A stretch of 64,000 bases of DNA from a virus (IMGVR_UViG_3300028591_000113:46087-110086); one strand, 5' to 3'; shown: positions 9,660-18,060, counted from the stretch's first letter. Notes: a model not told the origin generated them from the letters alone. Translations and numbers: made by a program.

Positions 9660-10808
9660 ACATTTACCATTTCAAGAAATCTACTATTAGCCTAAATTGT
9701 CGAGTTAGTTTTACAAACCACCAGTTGAGAGCTTGACCGCTCGTTGACCTCCGCAAGAGGTTGCTGGACGCATTTCCGCCGGTTTGAGGTCCCTATCGCA
9801 TGCATCCGAACAAAAGCGAACCTTGGCTTGATTAGTCACCCAGTAGTAGACTTGTATTCTAGAACCTATAAGATATTATTGAATAGTAGGTTTCTTGAAG
9901 TGGTAACACTTCTGTCTTATGTGGACCCCGTGCGCTAATGACGCGCATCGAGTGGGGGAATATCAGCGGGCCCCTGTAAGAAGCTGAATAGGACATTAAA
10001 CTTAATCGTCATTGTGCGGGCAGTCTCACGCACAGCAAGGAAATACCTTCCTGCTAGATAGACCAGACCTCTTCGCAAGTTGACGCGTAACGGGAACTTG
10101 CCGCCATACTGGTTGTAAAATGTAAGGGGATTTAGTTAGTTTCTACCCAGACCCGTGAAACTAATAAAGGTTGATGTCAGGTATAAGACTTAAACACCAA
10201 TAATAATGGGGATAAAAGAGTATGCGGCTGCAGACTGTCAGAATAACCCCATTATGCTGATAAGGTTTGGGGTACGCAATAGTAATGTTGCGACGGTCAA
10301 TAACCCTCGAGTTACCGGATAAGGAATATGTTGTGTAGTCAACTAAGGATACCGCTGAGGACTTGAAAAACCCCATTATGTGCCACCAGGAGACTGTATG
10401 ACCCGTATTCGAAAAGTAGGCTGGCAACTACAGGGTAAACTTAAAACCCACAATAAAGGATAAAGACCGTGTGGTCACCGTGGGACAGAACGACCCGAAA
10501 CTAGGGAACGGCAACGAACCCTAATGAGCGGGCACGACGAGGTAATGCGTTGCAGACAACCTTCACAGTAATGTGATGCTCGACGCGAGGTTTGCGGCTA
10601 TCCACCCGATAAAGCCGTGGGAGGCAACTGCCCAGGAAGGATAAGTGTTGAACGAATTCGGTAGTGCCCGCAGGGCGAAGAGTCCAGAAACCGGAGCCGC
10701 AACTCGGGGTTGGCTATTGCGAGTAGCAGGGTGCGGAGAATAGCCGAGGTAGGAAACAGGTTGATTTGCAGTTACGGTACCTGTATAAACCACTGACAAC
10801 TGCGATAT
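9660..10808 (+). ncRNA. about 1.15-kb ORF-free GC-rich region inside tRNA array; candidate large structured ncRNA (ROOL/GOLLD-like)
   Basis: No credible ORF, stops in all frames, GC far above coding neighbours, internal repeated modules (AACCCCATTATG at 10237 and 10369), flanked by tRNAs. Confidence 0.4.
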
Positions 10809-10884
10809 GGGGGTATAGCTCAATTGGGAGAGCAACTGCTTTGCAAGCAGAAGGTTGTGGGTTCGATTCCCATTACTTCCACCA
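10809..10884 (+). tRNA. tRNA-Ala (TGC) with G3-U70 identity pair
   Basis: Acceptor GGGGGTA/TACTTCC (G3-T70 wobble), anticodon loop TTTGCAA, T-stem GTGGG/CCCAT. Confidence 0.8.
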
Positions 10885-11023
10885 AATAGTTAATTATAGA
10901 GAAGGGAAACTCTTAAAACCGCTAGTAGATGGTAAGGCAAACGAAAAGTAATAAGTTGTCTGTGCAAACGATCTGCGCGAAATGCTCGGTTATAGTTGTC
11001 CGTTGACTAATACAACTAGAAAT

Positions 11024-11101
11024 ACAGAGTTGGTCTAGTGGCTAGGACGCCTGATTTGGGATCAGGACACTTCCCGGGTTCGAGTCCCGGACTCTGTACC
11101 A
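11024..11101 (+). tRNA. tRNA-Pro (TGG)
   Basis: Acceptor ACAGAGT/ACTCTGT perfect, anticodon stem CCTGA/TCAGG loop TTTGGGA, T-stem CCGGG/CCCGG. Confidence 0.85.
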
Positions 11102-11161
11102 TTCGTAAACCTGATGCTTTCTGGCGCTAGACGACCAATTATGCGCTGTCAGGAGATTTCT

Positions 11162-11248
11162 ATGAAAGCATTTCTAAATAAACTTTGGCAATTATTTGTT
11201 GAAGGCTGGAATAAGCAATTAGAAGCGCAAATCCGCTTTCATAAGTAA
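11162..11248 (+). CDS. tiny ORF (28 aa) between tRNAs
   Basis: AGGAG RBS; weak. Confidence 0.15.
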   Translation: MKAFLNKLWQLFVEGWNKQLEAQIRFHK

Positions 11249-11289
11249 TGCAGCAGGAAATCGGAACCTGCGTAAAACACCGATTATAT

Positions 11290-11365
11290 GCCCTTCTAAC
11301 CCAACGGTAGAGGTAGCAAGCTCAAACCTTGTTCAGTGAAGGTTCGAATCCTTCGAGGGGTACCA
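11290..11365 (+). tRNA. class-I (short variable arm) tRNA with anticodon CAA (Leu codon UUG), 76 nt
   Basis: Acceptor GCCCTTC/GAGGGGT, anticodon stem GCAAG/CTTGT loop CTCAAAC, T-arm GAAGG-TTCGAAT-CCTTC; variable loop only 5 nt, unlike bacterial tRNA-Leu. Confidence 0.6.
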
Positions 11366-11366
11366 T

Positions 11367-11452
11367 GCCTTCGTGGCGGAACTGGGAGACGCATCGCACT
11401 TAAGATGCGATGTCCACTGGGCGTGTGGGTTCGAGTCCCACCGAAGGTACCA
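11367..11452 (+). tRNA. tRNA-Leu (TAA), class II
   Basis: 86 nt, 7-bp anticodon stem CATCGCA/TGCGATG loop CTTAAGA, long variable arm, T-stem GTGGG/CCCAC. Confidence 0.8.
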
Positions 11453-11473
11453 TTTTTAGAAACAGGAGAAATT

Positions 11474-11734
11474 ATGACAAGAGACGATTTAATTAGCATT
11501 TTGAAAACCAAGAAGTTCGACTGCATGAATGATATGGTTGAATACTTTGAAAAATGCGGTTTTAACAGCGAAATTGAAGATGCTAATTGGGAATGTCTTT
11601 CTGTCAGATTTATAAACGGCACTGATAAATTGGATTTCAGTAGCCTTTACAACCCATGGCTTAATACATGGGAAGTCATTGTCTATGAATGGGATAACCC
11701 ATTTGATAATGACTACGAAATTAAATTAAGATAA
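11474..11734 (+). CDS. hypothetical protein (86 aa)
   Basis: AGGAG RBS, ORF between tRNA genes. Confidence 0.55.
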   Translation: MTRDDLISILKTKKFDCMNDMVEYFEKCGFNSEIEDANWECLSVRFINGTDKLDFSSLYNPWLNTWEVIVYEWDNPFDNDYEIKLR

Positions 11735-11737
11735 AAT

Positions 11738-11812
11738 ATCGGTCTAGTGTAACGGCAACACAGCTGTCTCCAAAACAGCACGATCAGGGTTCGAATCCTT
11801 GGGCCGGTGCCA
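11738..11812 (+). tRNA. tRNA-Trp (CCA)
   Basis: Acceptor ATCGGTC/GGCCGGT, D-stem GTGT/CACA, anticodon stem GCTGT/ACAGC loop CTCCAAA, discriminator G. Confidence 0.75.
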
Positions 11813-12203
11813 AATATACTCGTGTTGGTGCAATTAGTAGCATTCCAGCGGCACCAGGTATTAGACGATAAGACTAATACAATGACCGCGGGCGACGTAG
11901 GTGCAATTCCTATTTTACGAGTGCCGAACAGTTTATAATTGGTCGCAACTGGAACAGCGTGTCCAGCGCTGGCGATAATAATGGCTAAAAGACGAAAGCT
12001 CTGCCGCGCCAAATAGATGCCGTGTAACTCGGCTAGCAGAAACCATAAGAACACGAGGGGCTCCGTCTGCGAAAATAACTTTAGCCCCACCATGATGAAG
12101 ACTTATTGCTTATTCGGGAGTTTATGCGTTAATTTGCCCGTTATTGCTCGATACAGAGCCTGTGTATTAGGCGCATAAGTTGGTTCAATTCCAACATTCA
12201 TCA
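11813..12203 (+). other. structured non-coding stretch with tRNA-like fragments (T-arms GTAGG-TGCAATT-CCTAT and GTTGG-TTCAATT-CCAAC with CACCA end) but no canonical cloverleaf; possible intron-containing or degenerate tRNAs
   Basis: Two T-arm-like elements, acceptor-like pairings 107-113 nt apart, direct repeat GGTGCAATT x2. Confidence 0.25.
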
Positions 12204-12268
12204 CCAAAGATAATTGTCTAGGTGTGCGGCATAGACAAGAATAGCGCAATTCTCGAGCCGCACAATAT

Positions 12269-12343
12269 GCTGACGTAGTTTAATGGCAAAACCCGACGTT
12301 GCCAACGTTGAGACCGTGGGATCGGTACCCACCGCCAGCTCCA
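12269..12343 (+). tRNA. tRNA-Gly (GCC)
   Basis: Acceptor GCTGACG/CGCCAGC, D-stem GTTT/AAAC, anticodon stem CGACG/CGTTG loop TTGCCAA, T-stem GTGGG/CCCAC (loop ATCGGTA atypical). Confidence 0.6.
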
Positions 12344-12737
12344 AACATTTATAATAGAGAAAGCAAACTCTTAAAACTCCGGGTACGTTTACGCCGCAAG
12401 CTGAAGACTCAGTGATTTTAATCGCCGTTGTTAATTACTAGAAAAAAAATGACATTCTTTAGCCCATAGTCCCGACTATGAGAAGCGGAGACCTCCGAAT
12501 AATAGTGGGTGGAGCCACTTGGTCAGCAGATGAGAGGTTATCGGGACAAACTAATTTATAACTATCTTCAAGCGATTACCTGAGCACATCTACGTTAACA
12601 GGATGCAGGAGAGACTTGGCTCCCGATAAAGCCCGTCCATAATGTGGGACGAATAGAGAAGACCGGAATGTATACTGTAAATCCAAATAAAAGGCTGCCG
12701 GTTGGAGAAAAAACGTCAAAGGAGATAGTTATTATAT

Positions 12738-12813
12738 GCTTCGTTACGTCAACTGGGAGACTACAATCCTTACAAGATTGTGGCTGTAGGTCCGAGTCCT
12801 GCACGGAGCACCA
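12738..12813 (+). tRNA. tRNA-Val (TAC)
   Basis: Acceptor GCTTCGT/ACGGAGC, anticodon stem CAATC/GATTG loop CTTACAA, T-loop TCCGAGT. Confidence 0.7.
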
Positions 12814-12814
12814 T

Positions 12815-12888
12815 GCCCGATTAGTATAGTGGTAATACTCTTCCTTGCCAAGGAAGCATCGTCGGTTCGAATCCGTCATCGAGCTCCA
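12815..12888 (+). tRNA. tRNA-Gly (GCC), second copy
   Basis: Acceptor GCCCGAT/ATCGAGC (one mismatch), D-stem GTAT/ATAC, anticodon stem CTTCC/GGAAG loop TTGCCAA. Confidence 0.6.
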
Positions 12889-12978
12889 GATGTAAATAAG
12901 CTCAGTTAGAAGAGTTCACTGACTGTATAAAGTAAGTACACGAGCTACCGTGGATAAAATTAGCCAACTCTTTTGTAT

Positions 12979-13056
12979 GCGCCTTTAGCTCAGCTGGGAG
13001 AGCGCCACTTTGACGTAGTGGAGGTTTCATAGGTTCGATCCCTATAAGACGCACCA
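12979..13056 (+). tRNA. tRNA-Val (GAC)
   Basis: D-arm GCTC-AGCTGGGA-GAGC, anticodon stem CCACT/AGTGG loop TTGACGT, T-stem ATAGG/CCTAT. Confidence 0.75.
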
Positions 13057-13070
13057 TAAGACAATAATTA

Positions 13071-13097
13071 GGTGGACTAGGTCCGCCTTTTTTGTTA
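13071..13097 (+). terminator. Rho-independent terminator after tRNA array (GGTGGAC-ta-GGTCCGCC + T6)
   Basis: Hairpin + TTTTTT, immediately followed by conserved upstream motif. Confidence 0.7.
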
Positions 13098-13133
13098 TAA
13101 TAATTATAGAAAAGTAAAAGAGGAATTATATTT

Positions 13134-13463
13134 ATGCGTTGCTTAGACCTTGAAAACTTAAAATTAGGATGGATTTCTCCAACAGGAGAGTTCGTTTTTT
13201 GTCGTTATGGTGACCATACTAAACTTGCTTTTGAAATTTGCGAACGTTTAGGTGTTGATATTGACCCTCTTGCTGAAGAAGACCCAGAAATCTTTTTAAT
13301 CAGACATGACTGGATTTTAGTTCACGCCCCAGGATTGGACCACATTACTGCGCATTATGACTATGCTATCACAGAAGAACAGCAATCTGTTCTCAACTGG
13401 TTAGGTGTAGAAAACCGTTGCGAAGTTAGTGAATGCCCAATTTATGGGAAAGACTACTTATAA
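13134..13463 (+). CDS. hypothetical protein (109 aa)
   Basis: ORF after conserved TTATAATAATTATAGAAAAGTAAAAGAGG motif. Confidence 0.6.
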   Translation: MRCLDLENLKLGWISPTGEFVFCRYGDHTKLAFEICERLGVDIDPLAEEDPEIFLIRHDWILVHAPGLDHITAHYDYAITEEQQSVLNWLGVENRCEVSECPIYGKDYL

Positions 13464-13488
13464 AATTAAAGAAAGAAGGAAACTATAA

Positions 13489-13734
13489 ATGGAAGCAATC
13501 ACCAAAAAGGAACAAATTGAATATTATCAAGCCTGTTTATGTGGCTTATTAAGAGCCTTAAAATGTGTAGAAAAATCTAAAACTATATCATGTAGCGTAG
13601 CACCAATAGAAGATGCGAATAATGTTATTTTCTGGTTAGAACGTAATGATACTTGTATATTAAAGAAACTTGTTAAACAAGAATTAAAAGAAGTTAAAAG
13701 AAAACTGAAACAATTAAAGAAAGAAAGAAACTAA
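13489..13734 (+). CDS. hypothetical protein (81 aa), basic C-terminus
   Basis: ORF with GGAAAC RBS. Confidence 0.5.
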   Translation: MEAITKKEQIEYYQACLCGLLRALKCVEKSKTISCSVAPIEDANNVIFWLERNDTCILKKLVKQELKEVKRKLKQLKKERN

Positions 13735-13736
13735 TT

Positions 13737-14099
13737 ATGAATATGGACTTAAAGAAACTTACAGCTGAAAGTGAACACTATGCGCGAAAAATCGCAGATA
13801 AGACTTTTAAGCGCGGCGTTAGAGATTTGAAGAAAGAAATTCGCAAACAAACTAGAGCAGGAGAATATAATGCTATTCTTTATACTAGATATTGGATTTC
13901 TAGCGAAGTAGAGGAACGAATTAAAAAATACTTTGAAGAACAAGGTTTTTATATTCGTAAGTATCGTTTCGGAGAACTTAATGAATATGTGGAAGTTTGT
14001 TGGGGTCCAGGCATTGAACGCCATAAAGAAATCGATGCAATTCAACTTAAAATGATGGAAGAAATAGCCGAACAAGAGAAGAAAGAAAGCGAGGAATAA
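13737..14099 (+). CDS. hypothetical protein (120 aa)
   Basis: ORF, tight spacing in operon. Confidence 0.55.
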   Translation: MNMDLKKLTAESEHYARKIADKTFKRGVRDLKKEIRKQTRAGEYNAILYTRYWISSEVEERIKKYFEEQGFYIRKYRFGELNEYVEVCWGPGIERHKEIDAIQLKMMEEIAEQEKKESEE

Positions 14100-14101
14100 T
14101 T

Positions 14102-14593
14102 ATGCGCTTACTTACTGAAAATGAAATCAAATTCTTAAAAGATACTGGTTGGACTCCAACCGTTTATCAATGCGGTAATAGAGAATGGTATCGCACTATC
14201 TTTTGCGATGAAATCAATGAAGACCAATTAAGCGGTGATTTTACTAATAATGACGAAGTTCAACAACATTGCGCAATTTATGCGGATGAAAAATATGGTA
14301 TTGATTTACCTGCTTTTTATGATGATTTAGTTAAAGATATGGACGGCATCTCTCTTGAAGAAGAAGCACCATACATTATCTATTGTCTTTTAACAGAAGA
14401 AGAATTAGATAGCAAAACCGACGCAGAATTATTACAGTGGTTAAAAGACTGGAAGTATTTCTTCGGTTATCGCAAAGCAGACGAACAAGATGCTCGTATC
14501 GCAAGATATGAAGCCAAAGGCTTGTTCAATGGTGCGCGTGAAGTCCGCACCTATGATGATGGCAGTATTTATATTAGTGAATTGGAGGACTAA
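14102..14593 (+). CDS. acidic hypothetical protein (163 aa)
   Basis: ORF overlapping upstream stop (ATAATTATG). Confidence 0.6.
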   Translation: MRLLTENEIKFLKDTGWTPTVYQCGNREWYRTIFCDEINEDQLSGDFTNNDEVQQHCAIYADEKYGIDLPAFYDDLVKDMDGISLEEEAPYIIYCLLTEEELDSKTDAELLQWLKDWKYFFGYRKADEQDARIARYEAKGLFNGAREVRTYDDGSIYISELED

Positions 14594-14596
14594 TTT

Positions 14597-14878
14597 ATGA
14601 AATACCAAGATATACCTTATAATAAAATGGCTTTTACGCCTGAAGAAGCAGAACAATGCGCAGATTTTGTTAAGTATTTAATGCAAATGAAAAGCCCAGA
14701 CCATTACAATGAAATATGTATTACTTCTGATGGCTATTGCACTATTGTTTGTTGGGTTCATAAACCACATGATAATTCCTACGGTGGTAGTTTTGAGTTC
14801 GTTGATGAAGACCAAGATATTTGGACTGATAAAGAAATCGACGAAATCGTCAAAGCCCGTATAGAAAACCAAAAATAA
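14597..14878 (+). CDS. hypothetical protein (93 aa)
   Basis: ORF. Confidence 0.55.
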   Translation: MKYQDIPYNKMAFTPEEAEQCADFVKYLMQMKSPDHYNEICITSDGYCTIVCWVHKPHDNSYGGSFEFVDEDQDIWTDKEIDEIVKARIENQK

Positions 14879-14880
14879 CT

Positions 14881-14909
14881 TGACAACGAGCTTTAATTAT
14901 CATATAATA
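14881..14909 (+). promoter_or_regulatory. consensus sigma70 promoter TTGACA-17nt-TATAAT
   Basis: Perfect hexamers at 14881-14886 and 14904-14909. Confidence 0.7.
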
Positions 14910-14915
14910 TAAATG

Positions 14916-15843
14916 ACTAGATAGGGATATTGTGCGCAGTATCCCGAGCCTATCCTTGTGGGTAGGTGACTGACAAGTTGACCGACAGGTCGTTAAACTG
15001 CTGCTCACATAGTCCATGCGGAGCTTAATTGAGAAGAGGACATTTGATACTAAAAGATAATCCGTGAAATCTCAAATGATGCGGTGTCATCCACTTAGGG
15101 TAAAACCTGAGGACCTATTACTTCCTTAATTAGGGTTGAGATATTGTAGCGGTCGGGGATCTTTGAATGAGAGTAGGGTTGGCGCGCTCTCAGGGTAACA
15201 ACTTAGTTTGTTTTGTCGGCGTAGAGACGTTAAACCTACTGCTACCAATCTGACCAACCGGTTGCGTCAGTGAAACCTAGGATAACATGGACCTAGCGAC
15301 TTGAGTATGCGTTTACGGCCCGGGGTTACCCGCGCGGCGCATGCTAGTGGTTCCCACCATTCGGTGCTGAGGGATTGATCACCCAACGCGGTCCAACGTG
15401 AAAGCCGAAGAAACGCGGGAGATTCCCGCCTAGTAAGGGTTTGGCTCTTACACCTGTGAAAAAATGAAGGGATCGTTCCCCTTACTGTCCAGTAACTCTG
15501 GGCGGTGTGCTGGTGCCCAGCCTTGTCAAGCCGCAGGTAAAAGGTCACAGTTGAGGTGTGACTGAATAGGTAATGGTCTAAAACCTGCCGAGTTTGGTAA
15601 ATGACAATTAACCCAACCTCATTCTTTAGTTTGTTGGTGTAATCTAGCAGAAAACCATCTAGCTTCGCAATGTGCTAAAATACTAGTCAAACATTGTTTG
15701 AGAGTCCCAGGGTTGAGAGTGAAAGTCTAGCCACTCTCGTAAAATCATAGGCCGATAAGGTCTCTGGGCAAATGGATAGAAAAGTACCCTAAAATTCTAT
15801 CCAACTATTTGAAAATTAAGGTGGACTATGTCCACCTTTTTTG
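14916..15843 (+). ncRNA. about 930-nt ORF-free GC-rich transcription unit (promoter to terminator); candidate large structured ncRNA
   Basis: Stops in all 3 frames throughout, GC about 48% vs about 36% coding, perfect promoter upstream and terminator AAGGTGGAC-tat-GTCCACCTT+T6 at 15818-15843. Confidence 0.5.
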
Positions 15844-15878
15844 TTATAATTATTATATAGAAAAGTAGAGGTATATAT

Positions 15879-16133
15879 ATGAGAAAGTTAACTAAAACTA
15901 TCAATCGCAGACGTAAAAATTACAAACCAACAATCGGCTTAACATCAAAAGACGGTAGTTACCGCAAAAGTGTTAATGCTACTGTTTATTATATTAAACT
16001 TCAAAAGAAAAGAGATGCCGAGGCTGAACGAGAAGCACGAAAATTTCTTATGAACTTCTTAGAAGAAAAGATGCCTAAATTTTTTGGTATGCTTAATGCG
16101 TTTGCTAACTTAGGCGACTGGATGTATTATTAA
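15879..16133 (+). CDS. basic hypothetical protein (84 aa)
   Basis: ORF after conserved upstream motif TTATAATTATTATATAGAAAAGTAGAGG. Confidence 0.55.
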   Translation: MRKLTKTINRRRKNYKPTIGLTSKDGSYRKSVNATVYYIKLQKKRDAEAEREARKFLMNFLEEKMPKFFGMLNAFANLGDWMYY

Positions 16134-16146
16134 AAAGGAATTAATT

Positions 16147-16662
16147 ATGCCAAATGAAAAGATAAAAGTTCTATTCTTAGATGTCGATGGAGTTCTAAAC
16201 TCTACCGCAGAACTTTTTGATGACCGCGCAATTAATCCGAAAAAATTAGAAATCCTTAAAACTATTATTGATAAGACAAATGCTAAGATAGTTTTAACTT
16301 CTACTTGGCGTTGTTTTGTTAATAAGTTAAGTGCTGTTATTGAGGCACTTGAAACTGTTAATTTAGAACTCTATGGCATTACTCGTGAAGGAGTTGCTAT
16401 GAAAGACTTCAAAAATACTCCTTGGGCTAATGTAAAACGTTGCCCTTCCTATATTTATGAAGATGATATAAATAACGATCGCGGGGCAGAGATTGCCTGG
16501 TGGATTTGGTGCAGAAGAGAAAAAATAGATAAGTTTGCCATCGTTGATGACGAAGATGTTGATATTCGTAAGTATTTCCCAAATAACATTGTGAAAACAG
16601 GATTTTCAACAGGGCTTACTTCAGAAGACGCGGCGAAAATAGTAAAGATACTGGAGGATTAA
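16147..16662 (+). CDS. HAD-superfamily phosphatase (DxDxV motif FLDVDGVLN)
   Basis: N-terminal motif I LFLDVDGVLN, motif II S/T (LTSTW), C-terminal acidic Asp cluster (VDDEDVD). Confidence 0.6.
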   Translation: MPNEKIKVLFLDVDGVLNSTAELFDDRAINPKKLEILKTIIDKTNAKIVLTSTWRCFVNKLSAVIEALETVNLELYGITREGVAMKDFKNTPWANVKRCPSYIYEDDINNDRGAEIAWWIWCRREKIDKFAIVDDEDVDIRKYFPNNIVKTGFSTGLTSEDAAKIVKILED

Positions 16663-16664
16663 CC

Positions 16665-17060
16665 ATGAGTATTTTAGACAGTGAATATTTTTATGATGTT
16701 TATTGTAGTAAATTAGCAGACGAATGTAATAGTCTTAAAGAGGCTTTATCTTGCTATTGCGAGGAATGTGGCAATGGTGCTGATGTTATTCGTTATTATG
16801 TGGAACGCCATGAAAAAGACGAAAACTTTGAAACAGAAGTTGAACTTTTAGGCTATCCAAAAATCGCGCAATTACTTGACATTTTATTGCCTACTAAGTA
16901 TGACATTATGAAACCTTGGTATAAACGTCAATGTCTCAGTTTACTCGGAGAAGACGATAAAGACTTAACTGCGCACGAAAAGCATTGGAAGCGCATTATT
17001 GCTAATATTTATGATTATTACAAAAAAGGTTTCGATAAAGTTGACGAAACTCTTGACTAA
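16665..17060 (+). CDS. hypothetical protein (131 aa)
   Basis: ORF. Confidence 0.55.
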   Translation: MSILDSEYFYDVYCSKLADECNSLKEALSCYCEECGNGADVIRYYVERHEKDENFETEVELLGYPKIAQLLDILLPTKYDIMKPWYKRQCLSLLGEDDKDLTAHEKHWKRIIANIYDYYKKGFDKVDETLD

Positions 17061-17248
17061 ACCCGAAAATTATTTTATAATACTTATAGAAAGATAAGAA
17101 AATATCTTTTATTAGTTGAAAGGAGAACTACGCTATGACAAAACTAATATCTAAACAATTTAGACTCAGTTGCCAACGCTCAATGAAGTGTATGTTTTCC
17201 TATGCTAGTAAGAGATAATTAGTTTTACCTAATACCACGATTAATTAT

Positions 17249-17283
17249 TACCACTAGTATAGGAAATACTAGTGGTTTTTTAT
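17249..17283 (+). terminator. Rho-independent terminator (ACCACTAGTA-n-TACTAGTGGT + T6)
   Basis: 10-bp perfect stem + TTTTTT. Confidence 0.7.
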
Positions 17284-17287
17284 TGAT

Positions 17288-17363
17288 GCGTGGGTACCCA
17301 AGCGGCTAAGGGAGCTGGCTGCAACCCAGTTATTCGGGGGTTCGAATCCCTTCTCACGCTCCA
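17288..17363 (+). tRNA. tRNA-Cys (GCA)
   Basis: Acceptor GCGTGGG/CTCACGC, anticodon stem GCTGG/CCAGT loop CTGCAAC, T-loop TTCGAAT. Confidence 0.75.
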
Positions 17364-17378
17364 TACTTGGATCGTTCG

Positions 17379-17456
17379 CCAAGCAGTTCTAAGGCCCTCG
17401 GCCCATAACCGAGTTATCGTGGGTGCGAATCCTACACGATCCACCAAAATAATTTA
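17379..17456 (+). tRNA. tRNA with CAT anticodon (Met or Ile2-lysidine type), C33 in loop CCCATAA
   Basis: Acceptor GGATCGT/ACGATCC perfect, anticodon stem CTCGG/CCGAG, T-stem GTGGG/CCTAC. Confidence 0.6.
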
Positions 17457-17515
17457 TAGACATAATTGAAAAGTTATGTTATAATAAATATGTAAGAAAA
17501 AGAAAGGAAGATATT

Positions 17516-17863
17516 ATGTCTGTTCTTAAAACACAAGGAGATTTTAGAATCTCCCAAATCAAAAAATTAACTCAATTATGTCCTGAACCCGTGTTAGAAG
17601 CGCGACCAATTAAAGAAGGTCTTAGTTTGGAAAAAACTTATTTAGACCCAGCAGACGGTAAAGTGCATGCTTACTCTATTGCATCATTCAAGTGGGATGC
17701 TCACAATGAATGTGTTGATATGGAAACTGTTGGTGAACGCTTTATGACAGGTGTTTCAGAAGAAGAATATCCTGCGGTTAGAGAATTAATGCAATTTGCT
17801 ACTGATTTAATTAGAGCCGCATGGGAAAATGAAGAAGAAGGAGACTGGGATTACACCCGTTAA
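17516..17863 (+). CDS. hypothetical protein (115 aa)
   Basis: ORF with AAGGAAG RBS. Confidence 0.55.
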   Translation: MSVLKTQGDFRISQIKKLTQLCPEPVLEARPIKEGLSLEKTYLDPADGKVHAYSIASFKWDAHNECVDMETVGERFMTGVSEEEYPAVRELMQFATDLIRAAWENEEEGDWDYTR

Positions 17864-17873
17864 CCTTCAAGAT

Positions 17874-17953
17874 AACCGTGTCGCCAAGTGGCTCAAGGCA
17901 CCAGACTTTGACTCTGGTATATGTCGTAGGTTCGAATCCTTCCACGGTTGCCA
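17874..17953 (+). tRNA. tRNA-Gln (TTG)
   Basis: Acceptor AACCGTG/CACGGTT perfect, anticodon stem CCAGA/TCTGG loop CTTTGAC. Confidence 0.7.
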
Positions 17954-17955
17954 AT

Positions 17956-18026
17956 GGCTGTATTGTTCAGTAACAGCGTGCGTCTCATAAGCGCATTAAG
18001 AAAGTGCGACTCTTTCTGCAGCCACC
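17956..18026 (+). tRNA. tRNA with CAT anticodon (third CAT tRNA), compact 71 nt
   Basis: Acceptor GGCTGTA/TGCAGCC, anticodon stem TGCGT/GCGCA loop CTCATAA, T-stem GAAAG/CTTTC. Confidence 0.55.
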
Positions 18027-18038
18027 AATACGATATTA

Positions 18039-18060
18039 AAATGCAATTTATTGCATTTTA
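18039..18060 (+). promoter_or_regulatory. perfect 22-bp palindrome AAAATGCAATTTATTGCATTTT (operator-like) between tRNAs, plus second palindrome GTGCAGTAAAATGCAC at 18081-18096
   Basis: Exact inverted repeats seen in sequence. Confidence 0.35.

Noticed and set aside
9660-10808. Group II intron or RNase P in the 1.15-kb element
   Set aside because: Hairpins vaguely resembling domain V (GAGCCG...) and a GAAGAGTCC segment were seen. Neither matches the consensus well enough, and the element is not inside an interrupted gene.
11738-11812. tRNA-Trp(CCA) acting as the UGA reader through a Hirsh-type D-arm change
   Set aside because: The D-stem (GTGT/CACA) shows nothing diagnostic, and a dedicated UCA tRNA exists at 42843. 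This is speculation without support.
9100-12093. Standard-code minus-strand and plus-strand ORFs from the six-frame track inside the tRNA arrays (e.g. 9100-9462-, 10161-10427-, 10563-10835-, 11296-11622-, 11336-11734+, 11713-12093-, 12595-12879-)
   Set aside because: They run across confidently folded tRNA genes, have no RBS, and occur in GC-rich RNA-gene DNA where random ORFs are expected.
12889-12975. A tRNA between Gly(GCC) and Val(GAC)
   Set aside because: It has a D-arm-like GCTC-AGTTAGAA-GAGT and a CTGTATA loop, but no acceptor stem or T-arm could be paired. It is probably a degenerate remnant.
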